From assembly GCA_050331235.1 (NCBI GenBank), contig JBHJHA010000080.1, positions 1 to 15,094 of the forward strand: a stretch of 15,094 nucleotides of DNA, read 5' to 3'. The position numbers were made by a program, and so were the translations under genes. The notes under the pieces were generated by a model. The model was not told the DNA's origin. It did no database searches and worked only from the letters and a program-made list of their open reading frames with translations. Shown one piece after another: positions 8,827-15,094 of the stretch (position 1 is its first letter; each line of letters opens with the position of its first letter). This DNA is from Leptolyngbyaceae cyanobacterium. Lineage in GTDB: Bacteria; Cyanobacteriota; Cyanobacteriia; Phormidesmidales; Phormidesmidaceae.

Positions 8827-9840
8827 CTAGTCGGCCAGTGCGCCTCCACAGCTAGAGCCGCTGCCGGCCGTGCAGCCATAGCAATAGTTCCGGGTCTGGA
8901 TGGTATTGATGACATCCAGGGTGCCCGCCGCTAGGAGCGTGCCAAGGGTAATTGGCTGTCCCTCTCGGGTTTGAGCTGCGACCCCAGTCATTTGGTTAAA
9001 GTCGCAGTCATAAACATTGCCGAGATAGTCGACTGAGAGCTCTGTGCGACACATCAAACTGGATACGGTGGAGGCATTGTAATGGGTCGCCAAAAACTGA
9101 GTATAGGGTCTGAGCAATCCCCGATGTTCCAGCTGAAACCGGGTCCGGCCAATGGGCAGGTTGGTGATGGTCAACAAGCGGTCAAAGGTAATGTCGAAAT
9201 GAGTAGACAAATACGCTTTGTAATCCCCTTCTAAGGTGGCTTGGCTGGGAGTGAGCCGAAAGTTTTCATCTTTGGGAACGGGCGGATTGTAGACCAAGTC
9301 AAGACTGAGCCCTGACCCACGGCCATATCCCAGCGCATTCAACCGTTGAATGGCACGAACGGAAGCGTCATAAACACCCTGGCCGCGCATGCTGTCGACG
9401 TTGTCTGGTAGATAGCAGGGCAGTGATGCGACGACTCGTACCTGATGCTGCGCAAAGTATTCTGGCAGGTCTTCGAAGCCCGGTTCAAAAAAGATCGTTA
9501 AATTGGAGCGCACAATGACCTGTTTGCCTAAAGCCCGCGATCGCTCGACCAAAGGGCGAAAGCCATAATTCATCTCGGGGGCTCCCCCAGTCAAATCCAC
9601 TGTGGTGATTTGAGGAAACCGCTCAATGATTTCCAACAGTTGAGCCAACACCACTGGCGATAGTTCCTCCGTGCGGTGGGGCCCTGCTTCCACATGGCAG
9701 TGCTGGCAAGACAAATTGCAGCGACGGCCCAGATTGATCTGCAGCGTCTGAATGGGGGCTTTGATTAAAGGACGGCCCAGCACCTTATCAAAGGGACGGA
9801 CGGCAGCGGTGCTTTGGGGACTCTCGGACGATAAAACCAT
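8827..9840 (-). CDS. arsS: Arsenosugar biosynthesis radical SAM protein ArsS (Cys form)
   Basis: QINLGRRCNLSCQHCHVEAGP CxxxCxxC motif, DLTGGAPE, VASLPCY, MCR...YDCDFNQM, and the C-terminal CYGCTAGSGSSCGGAL characteristic of ArsS/DUF3641. The ATG at 9840 is preferred over the TTG at 9852. Confidence 0.9.
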   Translation of the reverse strand: MVLSSESPQSTAAVRPFDKVLGRPLIKAPIQTLQINLGRRCNLSCQHCHVEAGPHRTEELSPVVLAQLLEIIERFPQITTVDLTGGAPEMNYGFRPLVERSRALGKQVIVRSNLTIFFEPGFEDLPEYFAQHQVRVVASLPCYLPDNVDSMRGQGVYDASVRAIQRLNALGYGRGSGLSLDLVYNPPVPKDENFRLTPSQATLEGDYKAYLSTHFDITFDRLLTITNLPIGRTRFQLEHRGLLRPYTQFLATHYNASTVSSLMCRTELSVDYLGNVYDCDFNQMTGVAAQTREGQPITLGTLLAAGTLDVINTIQTRNYCYGCTAGSGSSCGGALAD

Positions 9841-9896
9841 AGGGTGGCGCAAACTAAAATAACGAACAATTCAATTGGGTAATGTAATTCACCCAT

Positions 9897-9912
9897 GTGT
9901 CAACAATGACAC
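9897..9912. promoter_or_regulatory. Perfect inverted repeat GTGTCA-N4-TGACAC upstream of arsS (candidate operator)
   Basis: Seen directly, in the AT-rich divergent intergenic region about 57 nt upstream of the arsS ATG. The regulator is unknown. Confidence 0.35.
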
Positions 9913-9963
9913 CTATGACGAGAAAAATTTGTTGCCTCTTGATAGCTATTAAACGGGAGGGAT

Positions 9964-9980
9964 CTGAATATTCGCTGAGA
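9964..9980 (+). promoter_or_regulatory. Candidate OmpR-family (MprA-like) direct-repeat box CTGAAT-N5-CTGAGA
   Basis: 11-bp-period direct repeat upstream of the kinase gene, with the same half-sites as the boxes at 10008 and 12229. Confidence 0.5.
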
Positions 9981-10007
9981 GTCTGAAATGAACTTTCTGA
10001 AGCGAAA

Positions 10008-10024
10008 TATCAGCATTTTCTCAG
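10008..10024 (-). promoter_or_regulatory. Candidate OmpR-family (MprA-like) direct-repeat box, TATCAG-N5-TCTCAG on + (CTGAGA-N5-CTGATA on -)
   Basis: The reverse complement of 10009-10025, CCTGAGAAAATGCTGAT, matches 12228-12244 (CCTGAGAAATTGCTGAA) at 15 of 17 positions. Confidence 0.55.
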
Positions 10025-10066
10025 GATCCCTTGTTAGTTTTGAGGTCAATCAGTTCAAACAGATTT

Positions 10067-11503
10067 ATGCTTGGGTTTCGTCAACAACTGCGCCAAATGC
10101 TACATCCGCCGGATTTGAATTCCATCCGGTTTCGGTTGACTGCGGGCGTGGTTTTGACGCTCGCGATCGCCGTTGGCAGCGTATCTGGCTGGCTGAACTG
10201 GCGATTGCAACGGATCTTGTTGGCAGGGCACGAAGCCGCGGCGGCGGAGCTGTCGGCCCGCTTTCAGCAGGATGTCGCCCTCTACCAAGATATGATGGCT
10301 ACCCAGGCCGCCGTGCAAAAGGTGATTGATCGGCGGGCTTTGGGAGACGTGGCGATTTGGGTTGAGGCCCCAGACGGCGAGATGTTTGCCCATTCTGAAA
10401 CGTTGACCATGGGGTCATGGCAAAGGGCGGGATTGCCTGATTTTTTGCAATCTCTGTCTACCACCCCCCAGCTCGACTTTGTCACTGTGGGTGATCGCAC
10501 CCTCGTGCTTTGTATTGGACCGTTGGCTCTCTCTGGTGAATCCGTTGGCACGTTATTTATCGTTGAGGATGTCACCCAGAGTCAACAAACCTTTGGCACC
10601 ATGACCCGCAGCTTAGTGCTGATTAGTGGCGGCACGATCCTATTGCTCGCGGCTTTGACAGCGCTTTATGTCGAGCGATCGCTTCGTCCCCTCAAGATGC
10701 TCAGTACTGAGGTCATGGGCGTCACCGCTGAGTCGCTCACAGCCACGCGCCTAGAGCTAGACAAAGCCCCAACTGAGGTCAAGGAACTGGCCCATGCCTT
10801 AGACCACACGCTGGAGCGGCTATCGCAGTCTTGGGAGCAGCAGCGGCGGTTAGTCGGAGATGTCTCCCATGAGCTGCGCACGCCGCTGACTTTGGTGCAG
10901 GGCTATTTGCAAAGTACTCTGCGCCGCTGCCAAACCCTGACCGAACCCCAACGGGACGGCCTCGAAACGGCAGCCGCTGAGACTAATCGCACGATTCAAA
11001 TTTTGAATGATTTGCTCGTTTTAGCCCGCGCTAGTATGGGGCATCTCCAAATCTCAGCCGAACGGCTTGATCTCAAGCAGGTCGTGTTAGAAGCCGTGAT
11101 GATGGCCGACCCCTGCGGCGATCGCATCGAAGCCGATATCGAAACTGCGCCGCTGTGGGTCCGTGCTGACGCCAGCGCCCTACGACAGGTATTGGTAAAC
11201 CTGATGGACAACGCCCTCAACTATTCTCCCTGTGAGTCGCCAGTGACCATAAAGCTATTTCAGCAAGATCAGCAAGCCTGGATTCAAGTCTGCGATCGCG
11301 GCCGAGGCATTCCCTTGGCTGATCAAACTGAGATCTTTGAGCCGTTTTATCGCGTGGATGTTGACCGTTCACGGGTAACTGGCGGCACCGGCTTGGGGCT
11401 GGCTATCGTCAAAACCTTGATCATCAAGATGCGCGGCACGATCACTGTTCAGTCCACCTTGGGCGTGGGCAGCACTTTTACCGTTCAACTACCCGTCTCT
11501 TAA
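10067..11503 (+). CDS. Membrane sensor histidine kinase (two TM helices, HAMP, HisKA, HATPase)
   Basis: H-box DVSHELRTPL, N-box NLMDNAL, G1 DRGRGI, F-box IFEPFYR and G2 GGTGLGLAI. The start is uncertain (TTG 10031, ATG 10067 or ATG 10097). Confidence 0.95.
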   Translation: MLGFRQQLRQMLHPPDLNSIRFRLTAGVVLTLAIAVGSVSGWLNWRLQRILLAGHEAAAAELSARFQQDVALYQDMMATQAAVQKVIDRRALGDVAIWVEAPDGEMFAHSETLTMGSWQRAGLPDFLQSLSTTPQLDFVTVGDRTLVLCIGPLALSGESVGTLFIVEDVTQSQQTFGTMTRSLVLISGGTILLLAALTALYVERSLRPLKMLSTEVMGVTAESLTATRLELDKAPTEVKELAHALDHTLERLSQSWEQQRRLVGDVSHELRTPLTLVQGYLQSTLRRCQTLTEPQRDGLETAAAETNRTIQILNDLLVLARASMGHLQISAERLDLKQVVLEAVMMADPCGDRIEADIETAPLWVRADASALRQVLVNLMDNALNYSPCESPVTIKLFQQDQQAWIQVCDRGRGIPLADQTEIFEPFYRVDVDRSRVTGGTGLGLAIVKTLIIKMRGTITVQSTLGVGSTFTVQLPVS

Positions 11504-11517
11504 GGAGTCTAAATTCC

Positions 11518-12192
11518 ATGAATCCCAAAATCCTCCTCATTGAAGATGAGGAAAAACTGGCTAAATTTGTCGAGATGGAGCTGGGCTATGAATCCTACGA
11601 CGTCACTGTGGCTAATGACGGGTTGTCTGGTCTGATGGCCGCCCGCGATGCGGAACCCGATTTGGTTTTGTTGGATTGGATGATGCCGGGCTTAAGCGGG
11701 GTCGAAGTGTGTCGCCGACTGCGCGCCACTGGCTTTAAGGAGCCCATCATCCTCATGACTGCGAAGGATGATGTGGCTGATCGCGTGGCCGGTCTCGATG
11801 CGGGGGCGGATGACTATGTGGTGAAACCCTTCAGCATTGAGGAGCTGTTGGCCCGAGTGCGCGCCCACCTGCGGCGCAACCAACCCCAAGAAGCCGACGC
11901 CCTCCAGTTCCAGGACCTCAGCCTCAACCGCAAAACCCGGGACATCAAACGGGGCGATCGCTCAATTGAACTCACAGCTAAGGAGTTTGACCTGCTGGAT
12001 TATCTGATGACCCATCCGCGACAGGTCCTGACCCGCGATCGCATTCTGGAAGAAGTATGGGGTTACGACTTTATGGGCGACTCCAACATCATTGAGGTTT
12101 ACATTCGCTATTTGCGACTCAAGCTCGAAGCCGAAGGTGAAAAGCGCCTCATTCAAACTGTCCGTGGGGTCGGCTATGTGCTCAAAGATTAA
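11518..12192 (+). CDS. OmpR/PhoB-family response regulator (MprA-like winged helix)
   Basis: LLIEDE, phosphoacceptor LLDWMMP, DDYVVKPF, and winged helix LTAKEFDLL...EVYIRYLRLKLE...TVRGVGY. A TAAGGAG Shine-Dalgarno sequence overlaps the kinase stop codon. Confidence 0.96.
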   Translation: MNPKILLIEDEEKLAKFVEMELGYESYDVTVANDGLSGLMAARDAEPDLVLLDWMMPGLSGVEVCRRLRATGFKEPIILMTAKDDVADRVAGLDAGADDYVVKPFSIEELLARVRAHLRRNQPQEADALQFQDLSLNRKTRDIKRGDRSIELTAKEFDLLDYLMTHPRQVLTRDRILEEVWGYDFMGDSNIIEVYIRYLRLKLEAEGEKRLIQTVRGVGYVLKD

Positions 12193-12228
12193 ATCCTGAA
12201 GCACTTGTTGAGCAAGCGTAAGTCAGCC

Positions 12229-12245
12229 CTGAGAAATTGCTGAAT
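12229..12245 (+). promoter_or_regulatory. Candidate OmpR-family (MprA-like) direct-repeat box CTGAGA-N5-CTGAAT upstream of the DUF4383 gene
   Basis: Near-identical to the inverted box at 10008-10024. Confidence 0.55.
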
Positions 12246-12365
12246 CTTTTCTACATTTGGAATGTCTAACTGTTGGGGGAGCAGGCCTCAAACTTGTTGG
12301 GGAGGAAAGGTCGCGTCACAAATTGTTAAGTTTTAAATACTTGAAGCTATCAATTTGGATTATTT

Positions 12366-12842
12366 ATGAAAGCTGCTCAAAAGTTTGCCCTCGCACTGGG
12401 CGTCGTTTATACATTAGTCGGTGTCTTAGGATTTATTCCTGGGCTGGTATCTCAACTGGAAGTTGCTGATACCGCTATCAACCAGTATGTGGCGGCTGCC
12501 GAAACGGGTTATCTGTTTGGTCTGTTACCGGTGACTAACCCGCTGAACGTGATTCACATTGCTACTGGACTGGTCAGCATTGCTGCCGCGATCGCACTCG
12601 ACAGTTCACGCTTTATTTCTGGACAAATCGGCATCTACTACAGTTTGTTTACAGTTCTGGGTTTGCTTCCGTTTGCCAACACTTTCTTTGGCCTATTTCC
12701 CCTCTACGGTTATGAGGTTGTTTTTCATGGCATTACGGGTCTGTTGAGCATCTACTTCGGATTCTTTGGCACGCCTTCTTTGCTGAAAGTACTCAAGCAA
12801 GAACTGCGAGAAGATGCCATAGCAGCTGAAATTCTTTCGTAG
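12366..12842 (+). CDS. DUF4383-like small membrane protein
   Basis: About 4 TM helices. The GVVYTLVGVLGFIPG, YLFGLLPV...NVIH and FFGLFPLYG...FH patterns fit DUF4383. Confidence 0.8.
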   Translation: MKAAQKFALALGVVYTLVGVLGFIPGLVSQLEVADTAINQYVAAAETGYLFGLLPVTNPLNVIHIATGLVSIAAAIALDSSRFISGQIGIYYSLFTVLGLLPFANTFFGLFPLYGYEVVFHGITGLLSIYFGFFGTPSLLKVLKQELREDAIAAEILS

Positions 12843-12888
12843 GTTAGCTGCGTAGGCAGCATTCGAAAGGATGAAAATTGCTTTCTTC

Positions 12889-12920
12889 AAAGCGATCGCA
12901 CTAGCGGCGATCGCTTTTTT
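12889..12920 (+). terminator. Rho-independent terminator built from two HIP1 octamers
   Basis: AAAGCGATCGC-ACTAGCG-GCGATCGCTTT hairpin with a T6 run (12915-12920), 46 nt after the DUF4383 stop. Confidence 0.75.
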
Positions 12921-13000
12921 CGTACCATGGTCTGCCTTAGCAAACTGGTCATGCATTGTGTAATGGTAATTCTGCGAATCACGACGACACATAGAGTCTT

Positions 13001-13040
13001 CAAAGCCCCTTCTTCAAGGGGCAGCGCCAGCAGGGGATCT
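13001..13040. repeat. Degenerate cyanobacterial short palindromic dispersed repeat (AAAG-CCCC-TT...AAGGGG...GGGGATCT type)
   Basis: CAAAGCCCCTTCTTCAAGGGGCAGCGCCAGCAGGGGATCT, with stem GCCCCTT/AAGGGGC. It resembles intergenic palindromic repeats common in filamentous cyanobacteria. Only one copy is in this window. Confidence 0.4.
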
Positions 13041-13530
13041 GCAAATCTGTAGCGCTACTACAGAGGATTGGTGTAAGTTTCAAAACCCATTGCCTAGACC
13101 ATTCACCTAGAGCCATGCTCCCAGACTCGTTTCTCTGATGGCGTGCACTCAACCGATAGGTCTACTGCGATCTCACCGATGGGTGGTCTATAAACTTGGC
13201 TTCATTTTGGAAGCGCTCAGATGATCAGCAAACTTGCCTGATTTGGGTTAAGAGAACAAAACACTTGCTTGCGGCCGAATCTGGCTCGTCGGCATCGTAA
13301 AATGCTTGGCTGTTATGGGTCTGCGAAAATGCTGGCGCACTCGGTTTGCTCTCCACGACGGCAGGTTTGACATGTTCCAGGCTCTTCAAAGTTCATCTCT
13401 TAAGTCAGCCACGTCTCATGGGTTCATCTAATGTGCAGTGGGCAGACCTTAAAACTTTTATCCGTTTCTGTATCGGGGGTGGCATTTTCTGGCACTGTTT
13501 GAGCGTAACAGCACCACAGGAGTCCTTCTC

Positions 13531-14112
13531 ATGGAATCAGGATCATCAGCTTCACCCCTGAACGCCGACGTCAAAAAAGCCTCAGGTTGGCTGATCGCAC
13601 TGAGTATTTTGGTGATTTTGACCGGCATCGTCGCGAGCGTTTGGCCCGGCATTTCTTCAGTCACCTTCGCCGTATTCCTCGGTTGGCTGCTGCTGTTCAA
13701 CGGCATCGTAAGGGTCGTCAAAGCGTTTCAATCCAAGCCACTCCGGGGATTTTGGTTTAGCCTTTTGGTGGGGCTTTTGTACGGAATTGCCGGTTTAGTG
13801 GTTGTATTTAATCCCGTTGAAGCCGTTCTCACCCTGACTTGGCTGTTTGGCTTCATGCTGGTGTTCGAGGGCATTTTGACGATCATCGCCGCCTTTGTGA
13901 ACAAATTTGGCCAAAGTATTGCTTGGTTAGTGGGCTTAGACGGCGTGATCACGCTCGTTCTGGGCATCCTGGTGCTGAGTCAGTGGCCCGTCAGCGCGGT
14001 GTGGCTGATTGGTCTCTATGTGGGCATCAGTATTCTCATGAGTGGTATCTCGCTGCTAATGGTCACCCTAAACGCTCGTCGCGCTGCGGTCGCTACCCAG
14101 CCCCACGAGTAG
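13531..14112 (+). CDS. HdeD/DUF308 family acid-resistance-type membrane protein
   Basis: Six hydrophobic helices with repeated DUF308 patterns (FLGWLLLFNG, GLLYGIAGL..NP, WP.SAVWLIGLYVGI). AGGAG Shine-Dalgarno sequence at 13518-13522. Confidence 0.9.
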   Translation: MESGSSASPLNADVKKASGWLIALSILVILTGIVASVWPGISSVTFAVFLGWLLLFNGIVRVVKAFQSKPLRGFWFSLLVGLLYGIAGLVVVFNPVEAVLTLTWLFGFMLVFEGILTIIAAFVNKFGQSIAWLVGLDGVITLVLGILVLSQWPVSAVWLIGLYVGISILMSGISLLMVTLNARRAAVATQPHE

Positions 14113-14162
14113 GCGATCGCTGCGGTCGGTGCTCTCCCTGTTGTTTGCGCTCTATGGATGGT

Positions 14163-15094
14163 ATGAAACAATTTTTGCGTCACTCTATCAAGACTGCTAG
14201 CGCTGCGGTTGCAGTAGCTCTGACGGCCTGTGGCGGTTCTGGCGGTTCTCCCCAGCAAGGGTTTGAAGTCAATGTGTTAGTTGGCAGTGCCCTCCATGAT
14301 TTTTGTGATCAAGCGGCAGAGCGGTTCAACGCAGACAAGCCTCAGCTAGAGTCTGGCGAAAGTTTTTATATCGCCTGTGAGGCTGCCGGTAGTGGCGATG
14401 TGGTGATGGAGATACTAAGCCTCACCCAGCGGCTACAGTCAGGGTCGCTGACCACCGATGAACCGGGCTTACCCACATTGATTTCGGTAGATGGTGAAAT
14501 TTACCATAGTCAATTGCTGTATCAAATGCAGCAGTTGGCCCCGGGCCAAGATTACGTGCCGGCGATCGCCGATGCGCCGCTGGTAGCGTTCAGTCCCATG
14601 GTCTTTATGACGCGGGAAGACTTGGCCCCGAGCTTACAGTCGGTTGATGATCTATTTCAGGCGCTGACTACGGCGGAGACCCATCAAGATTTGAATGCTT
14701 CGAGTCCTCCACAAAAGATTTTCTACGTACATACAGCACCGACACGCTCTAACTCTGGTCTGCAGACATTGGTTGCACAATTTGCCTCGGTCTCTGGTAA
14801 GCGCCCAGCCGACCTGACCGATGCCGATGTCACGACCTATCAAACTGAGATTCAAAAAATCCAGCAAAAAATTACCCGCTACGGCACGTCCACCAGCTCC
14901 CTAGCTAAGTCAATGGCGCAGAATGGTCCCTTTTGGGCCTCGGTGGGGTCGGTGTATGAATCTTCGGTGATTGCTGCTAACACGAATCTATCCCCCGGCC
15001 AGCCCAAATACGTTGCGGTTTATCCCAAAGCGACCTTTACCTCAAATATGCGCGGCATTCTACTGCAGGCCCCTTGGGTTGACGAACAAGAAGC
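14163..15094 (+). CDS. Solute-binding-protein-type lipoprotein, probably of the SBP + VWA family (3' end outside the window)
   Basis: The frame is open from ATG 14163 (alternative 14154) to the window end: MKQFLRHSIKTASAAVAVALTAC (lipobox LTA-C)...GSGD...SPMVFM...HTAPTRSNSGL...SVYESSVI...VYP. It is missing from the ORF track because there is no stop. The VWA domain is inferred, not visible. Confidence 0.82.
   Translation, partial: MKQFLRHSIKTASAAVAVALTACGGSGGSPQQGFEVNVLVGSALHDFCDQAAERFNADKPQLESGESFYIACEAAGSGDVVMEILSLTQRLQSGSLTTDEPGLPTLISVDGEIYHSQLLYQMQQLAPGQDYVPAIADAPLVAFSPMVFMTREDLAPSLQSVDDLFQALTTAETHQDLNASSPPQKIFYVHTAPTRSNSGLQTLVAQFASVSGKRPADLTDADVTTYQTEIQKIQQKITRYGTSTSSLAKSMAQNGPFWASVGSVYESSVIAANTNLSPGQPKYVAVYPKATFTSNMRGILLQAPWVDEQE

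Larger units (their letters stand above)
780..14569. repeat. Dispersed HIP1 octamer GCGATCGC (about 30 copies)
   Basis: Copies counted by eye include 780, 1286, 1448, 1946, 2582, 2635, 3263, 3343, 3383, 4378, 5053, 5590, 5992, 6053, 6632, 6937, 8263, 8626, 9537, 10163, 10675, 11118, 11292, 11954, 12035, 12588, 12892, 12907, 14113 and 14562. This is a cyanobacterial hallmark. Confidence 0.95.

Noticed and set aside
8848..8850. Selenocysteine at the ArsS C-terminal GSS(U/C)GG position
   Set aside because: The codon is TGT (Cys) and the ORF ends normally at TAG (8827-8829), so the downstream hairpin need not be a SECIS element.
13049..13061. GTA...TAC NtcA-like site
   Set aside because: The spacing is N7 rather than N8, and the sequence is part of a hairpin.

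Overview
Cyanobacterial chromosomal window (about 30 HIP1 GCGATCGC octamers counted by eye), mostly housekeeping and accessory genes. In order: 3' end of dgkA; trpG/pabA; a decayed GNAT acetyltransferase remnant; an FTR1 iron permease and an AEC transporter (- strand, probably co-transcribed); a Ser/Thr kinase with 7 WD40 repeats; the ferredoxin-dependent divinyl-chlorophyllide reductase bciB/cvrA; the arsenosugar radical SAM gene arsS followed by two TVP38/DedA membrane proteins (- strand, no arsM in the window); a divergent sensor kinase and OmpR-family (MprA-like) regulator; DUF4383 and HdeD-family membrane proteins; and the 5' part of a solute-binding-type lipoprotein that runs off the window. 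The most notable unannotated signal is a recurring CTGA(G/A)-type direct-repeat box with an 11-bp period, resembling the MprA TCTCAG-N5-TCTCAG box. It occurs twice, in opposite orientations, between arsS and the kinase, once before the DUF4383 gene, and weakly before the HdeD gene, suggesting a local regulon that may link the arsS-DedA unit to a membrane-stress two-component system. A 30-aa signal-peptide-like small ORF also overlies a terminator built from two HIP1 sites. No rRNA, tRNA, CRISPR array or transposase was seen. All family calls come from motif recognition, not database searches.
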